From: Blepharisma stoltei ATCC 30299
Taxonomy: Eukaryota; Protista; Ciliophora
Direction: 5' to 3'
Length of the DNA stretch: 64,000 nucleotides
Assembly: GCA_965603825.1 (NCBI GenBank)
Contig: CBFDEM010000027.1
Span: 310,001-374,000 of the forward strand
Shown here: positions 1-12,061 of the stretch, one piece after another
How positions within the stretch are numbered: the stretch's first letter is position 1
Layout of the letters: each line of letters opens with the position of its first letter
Translations under genes and position numbers: made by a program
Notes under the pieces: generated by a model
Told to the model about the DNA's origin: nothing
What the model saw: only the letters and a program-made list of their open reading frames with translations
Databases searched by the model: none

Positions 1-441
1 AATACCCTCAAAGACAAATTAATTTCGGACCTTAAAGAAGAAATCCAAATTGGCGATAGAGTTAGAGCTAAATTAGAACAAGAAAGAGACCACTGGCAAG
101 AAGAGCACGAAAAGAAGTGCCGAGAAGTTGAGCTTATCACAAAATCGCGGGATCATTGTGAAAAACATATTGCTATATTAGTAAAAGACAAAGATAGACT
201 ATTAAGCAGAAGGGAAGAGCCTTCTACAGTTTTATCACAAAAACATGCATATTATGATTATGTGGAGTCCCAACAGCTCCCTGAGCCTAAGCCAAATAAT
301 TCTTGGGGCAATGTCGAAAATCTTCGGCTGAAGAACTTGCTTGACGAAGAAAAAAAGCTCAACAAAGAAAAGGAGCAGCAAATAGAAAAACTGCAGAAGG
401 AAAACTGGAATCTTATAAATCGGTTAAGAAATAAGAAATAA
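1..441 (+). CDS. 3' part of a coiled-coil protein (5'-truncated by window edge)
   Basis: Frame 1 open from base 1 (NTLKDKLISDLKEEIQ...KLQKENWNLINRLRNKK) to TAA 439-441; E/K/Q-rich heptads. Confidence 0.75.
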   Translation, partial: NTLKDKLISDLKEEIQIGDRVRAKLEQERDHWQEEHEKKCREVELITKSRDHCEKHIAILVKDKDRLLSRREEPSTVLSQKHAYYDYVESQQLPEPKPNNSWGNVENLRLKNLLDEEKKLNKEKEQQIEKLQKENWNLINRLRNKK

Positions 442-447
442 TTTAAG

Positions 448-888
448 ATGGACAGATCTGAGTCAACAGAAGCACTTTTCCAAGTCTTGGGGTCTCAAAA
501 GCAAAGAATGAAGTCTTATGAGCAGTCAATCAGAGACTCGAACAAATCAATTGAAAACTATGTAATTGAACAAGTAAAGCACAAGCGAGAAATCCAAGAA
601 TCAGTTGCAAGAAATCCTTTTAAGTTGCATGGAGAAGCTGGTGAAACAGTCTCCAGAATCTTAAACCTTCTAGACTGATGGAAAACCAATCAGCAAGAAG
701 AGCAGAAAGAGCTTCTATCTGATGTCGAAATAAATTTGCAAGAAGCTGACGAAATCCTGAACAAACTAAAAGACGAAGTCAACTCCAGGAAAATTTATGG
801 AGGTTCTAAAGTGCCTTCCAGAATAAAAAATAAGCTGAAAGAGATGAATCAGAAAGCTAGACAAAAAAGCGTCAATAAAATTCCATAA
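448..888 (+). CDS. Hypothetical helical protein, 146 aa (TGA=Trp at 676-678)
   Basis: ORF 448-678 continues through TGA (LLD-W-WKTNQQEEQ...) to TAA 886-888. Confidence 0.65.
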
Positions 889-909
889 TTGTAAGAGTTT
901 ATAATAATT

Positions 910-2292
910 ATGAAATGCACATTTAAAGGTAAAATTGAGCGATATTCTCAAGCTTTACACTCCAAGACGTGGGAACTGTTTGACAAGGTTTCAGGGAATG
1001 AATATGTCTGGGGAAATATTGTGAGAAGGGCAAAGTATTGAAGAGAATGGGATGTAAAGGTGGGGAACTCAGCTGCACAAAAGTTATTAAAAGTAGGGAA
1101 AAATCCTTTCGATCTTCTGCATTTAGGGATCTATGGCGTTAAAACGGGGCAGGCGAAATACCTGGAGAAAATGCAAAATGAATGAAAGACAGTAGGCCCA
1201 ATGATCGGGATAGATGAAATGGTAGCCTTGGAAAAAGTCTTAATGCAAGAAGAAGGACAAGAAAACAGAAATATTATTAGAGCCCAGTATAAGCCTGAAT
1301 GAAAAGCACTAAACTATATCAAATATCTGAATCATCCAGATGTCTCGAATATTGAGATCTCTGAGAACAGCAGAGAAATCGCAATAGAAATTGAAGGGAG
1401 ATGAATAGTCCTTGTAGGCTGTACAGCAGACGAAATGCCTTTAAATCCTATTCTCAATCTAATCAATAGGTACAGAATCCAGGCTATATCTGTCCCCTTG
1501 CCCCACCCAGAAACTCTGATTTCTTCTGAAGAGGCTAGGCTTTATATTAACAAGTTAGTTGAGGACAGGTCAAGCTACAGAGAAGAGCCAGGAGTTCAAA
1601 TGATAGCAAAAAATCAATTTGGGCTGAAAATGAACGATATTTATTCCACAATGGTTCTTAGATCTTGCTCAATGAAGCAGAAAATATTACTATCTGCTCC
1701 ATCAAACGAAACCTTGATGACTTGGGCGACACAAATCCCTGATATCAAACAGTATTTTGATGAAGTCCGAGTTGCCACGTTTTTGGATTTATGTGAAGTT
1801 CTGGATTCAGTCGCTGAAAAAGGTTGCAATTTATGCACGAAATCTAAGAAAGTCCCAACTGAAAAGTTTGTTCACTCACTGCTATCATCTGATGAATTAA
1901 CTGAGCAGTATATGGACTATATGGCCTTCAAAATCCAAAGCTTCACGAATAAAGAAAACGTTCTTATTCTTCTACCAATTTATTTGCTGCATACATTTGC
2001 TAAGAAATTCTTGACCCCAGCTACAAATCCTTTGATCTTTCAGCAGAAAGTCAGTGCTGAAGAGCTTGCAATTGCTTCATTCTTATTTAATGATGAGTAA
2101 ATTTTATATAGAGAGCCAGTAGCTTCTAAGCAATTTTCCAAAGAAGAAATGAAGGAGTTTTTGGACATCAAAAAGCAGAGTGAAGAATTACTTCAGCCCT
2201 CTAGCTTTGATTTGTGGCCAAAAGAGATAAAGAAAGAAAACCAGTGCTTCGCCATTTATAGGTTCATTAAACAAAACACAAAATATGGGTAA
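910..2292 (+). CDS. Hypothetical protein, ~455 aa; exons 910-2096 and 2112-2292; four TGA=Trp
   Basis: ATG 910 is in frame with ORF 1435 through four TGAs; removing the 15-nt intron 2097-2111 extends the frame to TAA 2290-2292. Confidence 0.75.
2097..2111 (+). other. 15-nt spliceosomal intron
   Basis: GTAAATTTTATATAG; removal restores about 60 further open codons. Confidence 0.85.
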
Positions 2293-3099
2293 TTAACTAT
2301 TTATAATAAAGAATAAAAGAATTGATGATAGGCAGTATCCAAGGGAATGAGAATACCGAATAGTTCTTCCATTTCTCGGTTGAAGAGATCTCACGTTTCC
2401 ATTTTTAAACGCTGAGCTTCCATCCCATGTATCATTAAAATAATTCATCTGCTCAAAGCTCACTCCTTGCTCAGTTTCAAAAATATACCATAAGACATTT
2501 TCTTCACAGTCTGGCGTAGTCAATGATCCACTGTACATAAAATAATCATCACTTGGATCCACAATTCCCAGCAGGTTAACATTTGAGTCTGAAGGCAAAG
2601 TATTTGACATACCAGTAGAAGGTAAATTTTCTACATCGATGGCCTCGAGAAAGTAAGAATAATCTCCAGGACGAATCATCACAGAGACTACTGCTCGTTT
2701 GGGGAAATCGACTGTATAATCGCTGTCAGATATCGTATGATATATTTGAAGTTCCATTTGTGAGCTGTGTCCATTGAATTGATGCTCACTGGGCCGATGA
2801 AAAATGATATAATCAGTGAGGAATTTCCTGTCTAAACCGTCTGAGTCGGTAATAGTGATATATCCGAAATCGCTCTCTATGTAAATGTAATTCCCATTAT
2901 TAGAAACAGTTCTTGAGCTAGTTTTTCCGTAATAATAAACTTCCATTGAATATTTTGAGCCTAAAGAGCTTGCGCTGCTTTTCTTAATGTTAATTGGGGA
3001 CTGTTTGTTTCCAGAACTGCACGTGTCAGTCCAGTCTCCTCCATTGCTAGAGTAATCCCAAGCAAGTGTATAATAGAATAAAAAGATAAACCACTTCAT
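2293..3099 (-). CDS. Alpha-carbonic anhydrase family protein (probably acatalytic), signal peptide and hydrophobic C-terminus, 268 aa
   Basis: WDY...W...C...QSPINI, SEH, YSGSLTTPDCEENVLW, NVRSLQPRNGR motifs; true start likely MKWFIFLF (ATG at 3099). Confidence 0.9.
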   Translation of the reverse strand: MKWFIFLFYYTLAWDYSSNGGDWTDTCSSGNKQSPINIKKSSASSLGSKYSMEVYYYGKTSSRTVSNNGNYIYIESDFGYITITDSDGLDRKFLTDYIIFHRPSEHQFNGHSSQMELQIYHTISDSDYTVDFPKRAVVSVMIRPGDYSYFLEAIDVENLPSTGMSNTLPSDSNVNLLGIVDPSDDYFMYSGSLTTPDCEENVLWYIFETEQGVSFEQMNYFNDTWDGSSAFKNGNVRSLQPRNGRTIRYSHSLGYCLSSILLFFIINS

Positions 3100-3559
3100 T
3101 TTAATTTTTCTGATTTGAAGGAGCAGGATATAATATATTTGCCTATCATTTTTAGTCTCATAGCTTAAATTGTTTTGATAAAGCACTTATTCGATTTGCT
3201 ATAATGATGCTCATATTTCTTTGACTTAAGTTCATTTGATATCCTTTAGACTCATCATAGTCAAAAAGATATAAGACAAATAAATATAAACGATACTTAC
3301 ATATCAGTGAAATGTATATATTTGTCAATTCTCCTTAGAAAAAAGAATACATATAAAACGATAAAGAAGAGGTATTCGCCCTATGGAAAACTACAATAAT
3401 TCAAAAATGATAACTTAAGCTTAAAATCGAATTCATTAATTAAGGTATTTAAACAAAAATTTCAAATAGCAATAAAATTTTATAAGCTGAAATTAAAAGT
3501 AATGAATCTTTCTGTTGGATGTTAGAAAAAATGAGTAATAAGAATAATATAAATTGAAT

Positions 3560-3937
3560 ATGGATTCGCATATGTGCAGAAATTGTAAAGAGTTTTTTGG
3601 ATGCCAAGATGGGCTTTGCTCGAAATGCTTTAAATTAGAAAAACTGAAATCGGAAACGATCCGGGCTCTACCTGAGCTTATCTCAGCAGTTCCACCCCCT
3701 GTCGAAGAAACCAAACAGCCACCACCTCAGGTGATTCAAGATCCAGACAGATGCTGAACTTGCAAAAAGGTGGTTGGGCCTTTATCTTTCCAATGCAAGT
3801 GTCAGCACAACTTTTGCTCAAGACATCGAGTTCCTGAAGTCCATGGGTGCACTTTTGATCACCGCACTCTTGGAATTAGGAAACTCTCAGAAGATAATCC
3901 CCAGGTTGTTGCAGAGAAGTTTAACAAACTTAGATAA
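3560..3937 (+). CDS. A20/AN1 zinc-finger protein (SAP/ZFAND5-like), 125 aa
   Basis: N-terminal CRNC..FG...GLCSKC (A20) and, through TGA 3755-3757, RC-W-TCKKVVG..FQCKCQHNFCSRHRVPEVHGCTFDH (AN1). Confidence 0.93.
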
Positions 3938-4415
3938 TATATTTTTCTTTTCATCATCTCTATGCCAGCTTGAGTTATTTTAATTTCTAGAATTCTCTTT
4001 TATTAAGTGCTCAAAATAAAGCTTGAAGAAGTTTCATTTAATAAAGTTCTATAAGATAGAACATAAGTAACGCTTGTATAAAATTTAAATATCTTAGATT
4101 ATTTTAAAATCGGCATTTTTTATTAAATGATATATTTGGGCATTAGCTGTAAGAAATTTTACCCCTCTCTGAAATTTGAGCAGCTTAAAAGCACGAGTGA
4201 GTTATTTTAAATCTCTTTTAAAATAGAATTATATTGCGTTCTAATAAAAAATTTGAGGCAGAACTTAATCCCCATTAATTTGCAAAATTAATAGTGAACT
4301 TACCATTAATGCTAAATCACTATCAAATATCAAAATAATAAATCAAACCTCATATCATGCTCCAAATTGCAGAAATAAACTTCAGCATAATTCAATTTAT
4401 ATCAAATTATTAATA

Positions 4416-6413
4416 TTAGATTCTTAGTCTCCAATAAGCAAGAGTATCTTTTTGCGTGATTCTCCAGTCTCTTTCCTTTATAAATCCTTCGACCTCTTCA
4501 ACATTCTTTGCCTGCAAAACTTGCCCTATTTGTTTAAGTCTCACAAATCTCTGCCTTAAAGGCTTGTTAGTCATTCCTTGTAACTGAATAGATATTTCTC
4601 TTATATCTCTTGTAAACTGAAGAGCTCCAAGCTCATTGAACTTTTTATTCCCATTTTTCAAGTTATACTCAATCAATTCCACCAAAGTTTGTGTGATAAG
4701 GTCCAGAGTCATCTCAAACAGGTCAGTCATCATTTGATACCTCCATTGTTTCAGCTGTCCTTTTATTTCTTTAATGAGCTTTAATACAAAAGGATCATTC
4801 ACCTGATAATCTGCATAAGTTTCTTCAGACAATTCATAGCCAGCATGAAGAAATGGATTCAATAGGTTATTTACCTGCCCCTGGAATCCACTTACAGTTG
4901 ACTTAAGAATGTCTTGCTCTAGGATTCTTGCCTTTTCTGACGCATCAAAAATGGAGCTTAAGCAGTGCTTGAACATATCTACTTCATTCCCTTCCTCGCC
5001 ATATATTTTCTTGAATTTTTGTTCTACTTGAGCTGAAAGCTTTTTTGAGTAAGCTCGTGTGGTTTCTAGTAAATTTAGAGAAATTATTAGGCCTGCGTTT
5101 GCTGTGGTAAATTGGCTTGAGAGAGACGCACTGCCTGAAATTCCATATCGGGAGCCTGGAATCTTTTTACTCAATTGGTCAATGATATCTTCAGATAGTA
5201 AGCCACCGATATGGTTTAATATAGCACAAACTGAGTTTATATTAAGAGTAGCAAGTCCTCTCTGCTCACATTTTTGTATAATAAAAAAGATTTCATCAAG
5301 AACTTCAAAGTTCGAGCCTGAAGTCAAATTATCCTTGGCTTGGTATGACTGCTCAATGTATGCTTGAATATTCAATTTTCCTAAAGAGTTTTTGACTGAG
5401 TTCATCATATAGTAAGTCTCTAGTGAAATATAAATATCAGCTAGTTCTTGGATTTTTGATTTTAGTCCAGAAATCCTTAAAAGCCCAGTCTCGTTGCTAA
5501 TTCCTGGCTGAGGCTGAAAATTTTGTGCTTTTGAAACAACTCCTTTTCCTATTTTATTGATATGCGTTTCAAAGCTTTCACTATGCTTCAAAATTTTTGC
5601 GATATCTTCGCACAATGAATCTGCTTGAGCAGGAGTAAAATTGGGGTTCCGAATAATCTGTGTTGTTATATGCAATCCTTTTTCAGATAAAAATTGATTA
5701 TAAATTCTAACAGCTTGCTGATCAGACTCCCTCTGCAAGGACTGTAATAAATCAATGACTCCTAAGTTCCCAAATTCCTTTTGCACAGCTTCTTGATGAG
5801 TATCAAAAACCTTAACAGTGCATCTGAAAATCCTCACAAGTACTTCTTCATGCTTTACTTCTGCGTCTTTTCCAAGCAACTCTACTGCAGCTTTGATTTG
5901 AGAAATCAAACTTGCGTTGATATATTGAATGTATCTATCAATTCCTTCGCGTCCTAATCCAAGTGGCAAAAACAGGCCAGCATACATTTCTATTTTTCCT
6001 TTATCATTTTCAGCTATTGCTTCCCCGAATTTCTTTTGAACTGTAGAGCATAGCTCTGATTTAAGCCTTTCAAGCTCTTCTACTTCAGATATATGGTAAG
6101 GGATTGTAGTTTCGTTGAGCTCTCCGCAGATGCGAGATGCAATTGATAATTGCCCTTCTCTCATCGCTGATTTTAGGCCAGACAATTTTTCTTGAAAGGT
6201 TAGGATTTGGTCAACTTTGTCGAGAATTTTAATAGCATTGGATTTCTGAGTCTCTAGAACTCTAACTGGGCCGCTTACTTGAGAAATTGTATCTGCTACG
6301 TCTTTCAACTTTATCATTAGATTTTGGTAGTTGCTTGTGAGAACTTTTGCTCTTTCAGAAAGTTCAGGGTAATTGAAAGTGAGGCCTGTTAAAATTCCAT
6401 TTAAAGAATCCAT
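4416..6413 (-). CDS. COG4: Conserved oligomeric Golgi complex subunit 4
   Basis: LFLPLG..EGIDRY, DEIFFIIQKC..R, YELSEE.YADYQVNDPFV and KFNELGALQF.RD.R motifs typical of COG4; 665 aa. Confidence 0.85.
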   Translation of the reverse strand: MDSLNGILTGLTFNYPELSERAKVLTSNYQNLMIKLKDVADTISQVSGPVRVLETQKSNAIKILDKVDQILTFQEKLSGLKSAMREGQLSIASRICGELNETTIPYHISEVEELERLKSELCSTVQKKFGEAIAENDKGKIEMYAGLFLPLGLGREGIDRYIQYINASLISQIKAAVELLGKDAEVKHEEVLVRIFRCTVKVFDTHQEAVQKEFGNLGVIDLLQSLQRESDQQAVRIYNQFLSEKGLHITTQIIRNPNFTPAQADSLCEDIAKILKHSESFETHINKIGKGVVSKAQNFQPQPGISNETGLLRISGLKSKIQELADIYISLETYYMMNSVKNSLGKLNIQAYIEQSYQAKDNLTSGSNFEVLDEIFFIIQKCEQRGLATLNINSVCAILNHIGGLLSEDIIDQLSKKIPGSRYGISGSASLSSQFTTANAGLIISLNLLETTRAYSKKLSAQVEQKFKKIYGEEGNEVDMFKHCLSSIFDASEKARILEQDILKSTVSGFQGQVNNLLNPFLHAGYELSEETYADYQVNDPFVLKLIKEIKGQLKQWRYQMMTDLFEMTLDLITQTLVELIEYNLKNGNKKFNELGALQFTRDIREISIQLQGMTNKPLRQRFVRLKQIGQVLQAKNVEEVEGFIKERDWRITQKDTLAYWRLRI

Positions 6414-6715
6414 TTAGATGCAAATATTTTTTATTTCGATAAGAATTGTTACAAATTTTAATTATTAATTGGAGAAAGAAGAAGGTAATTTGTATTTACA
6501 GTTAAGTAACTTTAAATGAACCTATTAAAATAAAAATATTTTTTATTTGCAATAGCTTTGCTTATGCAAAAAATAAATGTTTTTAAATTTCTTCATCAAT
6601 TATATCCAAGCATTCGGCAAACAAGTACATAGTGGCATAAGCAATTCAACTTCCAATCATTATGCTAATTTTAATGCCATTTTTTATATAATTTATCGGA
6701 TTAGAATATTTAAAA

Positions 6716-7747
6716 ATGCCTAGTAACAGAAGAGATCAAGAAACAACAAAAAGAAGTTCAATTGACAGACCGAGCCGATTACCACATAAAAAATTGAAAA
6801 TTGACCCAGAAATTTCATTTTTAACTAAAGAGGAAGAATATCACTTGAGAGAATACGAAGCCATCAGAGCTGAGTATATTGAATTCAATCTCTCAAATTA
6901 CATAATAAACATTCTTTCTAAAGCTACTCAGAATGCAGCATTCCAAAATTTAGATGAAAAGAAGAATACTATGAAGCTTATGATTTCAACTGCGAAAGAT
7001 CTTGCTCTGAACGAAATGGAGTGTGCGTTATGAACAATTTATTTGCAAAAAATCAACTGAAAAAATGAGTGTAGTTCAAGCTCTTTAGACTTGATTTACA
7101 CAGCATATGCGTCTAAATCACTTCTAAATGAAAATTTGAAACCGTTTAGTTTGCATTTGGAGAAGATATCAGAAAATTTTTTGAAAAATTATGAGGATTG
7201 GTATAATTCTCATAAACAGTTTTTCAAAGTCGATTCAATGGAAATAAATTGCCGATTCAAGGAATACAGTAAGCCTTGTTTTGGCGAAGAAACTGGTATT
7301 TTTGACTACAATAATTGTGTAGATGATATCCTTCAAAGTGCAGGTGGTTATTCGTCTCGAGACGAAGATACTACACAATCAGAGGAAGATCAAAGAGTTC
7401 TAACCCTAAGGGAAATGACTCCAAGTTACCTGTTTGAAGAAAAAGAAGAGTCAATTACACCAATAAATCCTATAGTCTTTCTTGATACCCTATCTCCAAC
7501 ATTATTAGATGATATCAGCAAGGAGAAAAGTCCTGGGACTTTTAATATTTTTGTAAGCATCCCACTCTTAAAGAGTGAGTCAAGCAATATTTCAGAATTT
7601 CAAATGTCCAATGATGAAACTCCTGATTATGGGACCATTTCAAGAGCTAATTCAAATTCAACTCCAGTATACACATCAAAATTCCCCTCGATCAACAACC
7701 TAGTTTCGATAAAAACAGCGTTTGAAGATGGATTTCCTGATTTTTAA
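6716..7747 (+). CDS. Hypothetical protein, 343 aa (two TGA=Trp)
   Basis: ORFs 6716-7033 and 7091-7747 are in the same frame, joined through TGA 7031 and TGA 7058; ends TAA. Confidence 0.75.
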
Positions 7748-8010
7748 CAATAATTGTAGAGTGAATCTGATGAAATCTAATTTATGTAATTAAATTTCGA
7801 AAATAATTTTTAAAAAAACTAAATGAATATGAATTCGGAATTCACAAACATTTTCCCGCAAATAATTAGTCAAAAAACTGTTCAGATAACGAATATAAAA
7901 ATTGAGATTATAATTTTCAATAATAAAATCCCTATTTGTTAACAAAATTAATTGAGAATTTAAAATAGCATAATATTTGAGAGATAAGTGGTGCTCAAAT
8001 TAAGTATTAC

Positions 8011-8595
8011 TTAGCAGCATGATTTTTTCTTCTTAGTTTTTGATATCACAAAAGTTTGTTTAGCAGCTGGCGTTGGTAATTTATTATCTCTTGTGAGCTG
8101 TTGTATTAAAATGTCAAACAATTGATTGACATTTTCCCCAGTATATGCTGAGCACTCTATAAACGGAATTCCTAGCTGACTTGCAAGTTTTTTCCCCTGA
8201 TCATAAGAAACCTGTCTATTTAATGAGTCACTTTTGTTTCCACAAAGTACAATTGCTGAAGTCCCATCTGTATTTTTATTATAATCATCAAGAAAAGTTT
8301 GAATCTTCTCAAACGAAAAAAGGCTTGTAATATCATAAACGAGAATAGCAGCATTACACCCATTATAATAAAGTCGATTTATATGATGGAATCTCTCTTG
8401 TCCAGCTGTATCCCAGATCATCAGCTTAAAAAATTGTCCGTTGTAATTATGCAATTTGGTTTTGAAATCGACCCCAATTGTTGTCATGTAGTTAGAAGAA
8501 AAGACACAGTTCTCTTCAGTCGCTCTGATTAGCAAGCAGGTCTTCCCAACCCCATAACTTCCTAAGGTGATGACCTTGTACGACGGAAATTCCAT
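8011..8595 (-). CDS. Rab-family small GTPase (Rab1/Rab8-like)
   Basis: GSYGVGKT, TIGVDFK, WDTAGQERF, GNKSD, ECSA motifs; C-terminal polybasic stretch + CC prenylation motif. Confidence 0.95.
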   Translation of the reverse strand: MEFPSYKVITLGSYGVGKTCLLIRATEENCVFSSNYMTTIGVDFKTKLHNYNGQFFKLMIWDTAGQERFHHINRLYYNGCNAAILVYDITSLFSFEKIQTFLDDYNKNTDGTSAIVLCGNKSDSLNRQVSYDQGKKLASQLGIPFIECSAYTGENVNQLFDILIQQLTRDNKLPTPAAKQTFVISKTKKKKSCC

Positions 8596-8713
8596 TACAA
8601 GTGATTTATTTCAACATAAAAGATCATTTTCTTAATTATTCCACACATTTTTTGTGTTAATAAAGTCTTAAATTTGAATTAAACGATTATTATTAAGCAA
8701 TGCCTGATGATGG

Positions 8714-9310
8714 TTAAAGCCAGATTTCTAATGAATTTTGTCTTTTTTCCATCCTGACTTTGATGCTTCTTTCTTTGTTTTCCTGTCTGAGTTCGTCCAC
8801 AAACTCTTCGCTCAAATTTTGGATCTCTGACCACGTGCTCTTTTTCTGGGCTTTTCTATCTCCTAAAGGAGATGCCTTCTTTACGACGCCTCTTTGCTTG
8901 TTCAGTTCAACAGCTTTTATTCGCAGCTCTTCAAGTGCTTGGCTGACTTGCTCGTTTTCCGCGCCCAACTTTTCTCTAAGTTGATTCAACTTAGCTTGGT
9001 CGTGGCTGAGCTTGGCCCTTAATTCATTAAGTTCCATGCGTTGTTGCTGAACAGCTAGTTTTTCTTTTTTAAGAATTTCCTCTTCGCTGTTTAACGACTT
9101 TTCTTGATTTTTGAGCGTCTCTGATAGTTTTATCATAGCCATCCTGTCTTTAGCCAACTTCAGCTTTTGTTCTTTGGCATTTCTGACCATGTCCCGTAAT
9201 TTGGATTTGTTCTCTGGCATGTTGTAGTTAGTAGGACTAGGAATGGCAATGTCAAGCTCAGTTCCAGAGATGATTACTTCGTAATTCGGTAACACATTAA
9301 GCCTGTACAT
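8714..9310 (-). CDS. Coiled-coil hypothetical protein, 198 aa
   Basis: Intact ATG-TAA ORF, heptad-rich. Confidence 0.7.
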   Translation of the reverse strand: MYRLNVLPNYEVIISGTELDIAIPSPTNYNMPENKSKLRDMVRNAKEQKLKLAKDRMAMIKLSETLKNQEKSLNSEEEILKKEKLAVQQQRMELNELRAKLSHDQAKLNQLREKLGAENEQVSQALEELRIKAVELNKQRGVVKKASPLGDRKAQKKSTWSEIQNLSEEFVDELRQENKERSIKVRMEKRQNSLEIWL

Positions 9311-9671
9311 TATTTTATAATTATTAAGACTTACCTCCCATAGAAACTAATGGAGCCAATCTTTGGTGACTTTTTAGTTTAAATAGGTTAATAAAAATAA
9401 AAATCAGGCAGTATAATCATGACTATCCAGATTTATCCGGCTTAAAAATTTAAAAAGTTCTAAAATTTCAATAGATTATCTGTAGGCTAATAGTTTTAAT
9501 ATCGTATTAGTAAGGATGACGATTATGCATATGAAAAAAATGTGTTATCATTTTTGTTTTAAATTAGCTCAGAAATTACAAATTCAAATTTTAATCAAAA
9601 ATAACTTTAGAGATTGAGAAAATATTTTCTCAGTTTGAAGCAGAGATTAAGCAGGTAAATAATTTTATAAA

Positions 9672-11993
9672 TTAGCTTGATTTTAACAGATTCCTGGGAC
9701 TTCTATAAAAGGTTGAAGGGCGCGTTGGCTCTTTACTTAATTCTTCTCTGCTCATTCCTCGAGCTGAAATTGAGTTTCAAGGCTTATTATACTGTTTAAA
9801 TAGCAGTGGCGCTTCTTGCAAGCTGCTTTTTAGTCTGTTTCCAGCTTTTCTCTCGCTATATCGAATATTTGAAATTTTCCTATCAATTCCTTTAACCTCA
9901 TTAAGGATTTCTTGAGGTGAAAGAGACTCAAAGATGATGCTATTTTTCTTCGTGTTTGCTTTGCTTGAATTTCGAGTATCCGCATCCTCACTTTCATTTA
10001 GCTTGTCTTTCTCAATATTGGATAGTTGAACAGGCATAAAATTTTTCATGCGTTTTAAAGCTGCTTCTTCATCAGTTAGCTTCACTTCTAGCTTTGACTG
10101 AGACTTTGTCATCTCGGCTGGCTTATAAATGGGGATTAGGTCTATATCTTGTTCAGACGGGACAGCTTTTGACTTGAATTTCTCTTTTATCAGCGTTGGG
10201 ATTCGATTTGGCTTTCTTGTGAATAGCTTTTCATCTTGAAAAGAGGATTCTGAATATGAATAATTAAGCTCATTTAAATTTGATTTTAATCTTGTGTATA
10301 AAAATGTAAGTGAATTGAATAGTTTCCCTAACTGTCTTTGAAACTTTGAATGGCCAAGTTCAGTCAAGTTGCAAATGATCAGAAATGGGTCTATTATTGT
10401 GTCTTTCTTTAATTTAAAAAACTCTTCTAGAGATTTGACATCAACAAAGTAACTAATAAATGGCTGTTTTTTTAATAATTTCCCTATCCTTTTTTTCTCA
10501 GCCTCATCATCAATAAAATTTCCTAGACAATCAATAAAATGAGTGATTCGCAATGACATGTATGGCAAAACTTCTTTTGTGAACCTTTTCATCGACATTC
10601 CTTCCGGAGAATTTTCAGGAATCTCGATATAAGCGTTTGCCTCTTCTTTTGGAGGATTTTTACTGGTATTTTCATTGTTTCTTTTCCTTCAAAATCCTTT
10701 TTGAAGCTCTTCTATTATTTCATATGCATTGATAAAGGCTCTTTCTTTGGTAAAAGTAATTGCATCTGAGCTTGAATTCATATTTTTAATATGTTTAAAG
10801 GACGTTATTGATAAATTCAACATCAATAAATAGAACCTCAATAAATTGTCTTCAGATTCAGCTACATCTTCAGTCAGGGAGGTTAAAATCTTCATATCTT
10901 CTAAGGAAGATTTTAACTGATTATAAGTTTCCGTTACATTAATTTCTGCTAGCAAAATATTATCATTTTCCTTTACCAATTCATGAAGATTTCCATCTAA
11001 ATTTGCAAGTTCCTGTTGCCTTTCAAGAAACTCATACGTAAGTTCTTGGAATCTAGAGCTTAGGGATGCATCTTGATATATAAAAAACTTATACATACCA
11101 GCTAAATGGTCAGCTGTCTCATACGTCAGCTGCTGGCACTGGGGTTTTTCGTGCCTTTCCATGATTTCGTTAATGATTCTCATGTTTTCTTTGTAAGATT
11201 TATAAGTATTTTCCAGTACTCTTTTTTCCTCTTTCTCCACTTCATATTTTTCTATTTGGCTTTCCAGTGCTTGCATATAATTATCCCTAAGTGTTTTCTG
11301 ATCAGTTCATTTCATAAGATTAAAGCTTATCCTTTCAATCAATTTTTCGATTTCCTCTTTTACTTCTTCTAATTTTTGTTTTTTTTGGTTGAACTGAGAA
11401 GAGAACTCATGTCTCCTTTTCTGCATTTCCTGTTCAAAAATCATCGTTTCTTTTTGACCCAGGATCAAGTTGCTAATTGCTTTCCTTTTCGAAAGAATTG
11501 AAGCAGTGTGGCTTTTCGTCACTCGGTGGTGAGCTTCATTTAAGTGTTGGATTCTCTCCTGCCATATTAAATTCGTTTTTTTCTCTTTCGCTAGCAGCGC
11601 TTCAACCCTGATTTTTTCTTGTTCAGCGTCTTCGCTCATTTCTTCTATTTTTTTCAGCTGTTCCAGGACATCATCTTTGCTGGGGATGATAGAGAAAGTG
11701 CTTGATGCACTCCTTACTGAAATGGAATCTGAATAGGTAGTGATAAACATGTTTTTCCCAGAATGATAAGAATTTATGCTATTTCATGAGCGGTTGTCTA
11801 CCTCAGATTTGAGTTTCGTCAGTTTTGCTTCTTTTTCCACATTTGACGCAATAAGTTTGTTCAGAATCCGTTTTAATTTGAGCTGATCCGTAAATGAGAC
11901 TTTTTCGTGCTTGTCAGCTTCCAAGAGATAATTGCTATAGTCAGCTTCTAATTCAGCTTTAGTTTCTTTAGCTACAACTGCAAGAGATTTCAT
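9672..11993 (-). CDS. Coiled-coil hypothetical protein, 773 aa (four TGA=Trp)
   Basis: Track ORFs 11784-11993, 11307-11750, 10689-11276 and 9777-10598 share one frame and each ends in TGA; first true stop is TAA 9672-9674. Confidence 0.8.
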
Positions 11994-12061
11994 ATAAGTG
12001 TTTAATGTGAGAAAATGGTTTTATCTAAAATATCACGTAAACTGTTACAATAAATTGTAAA

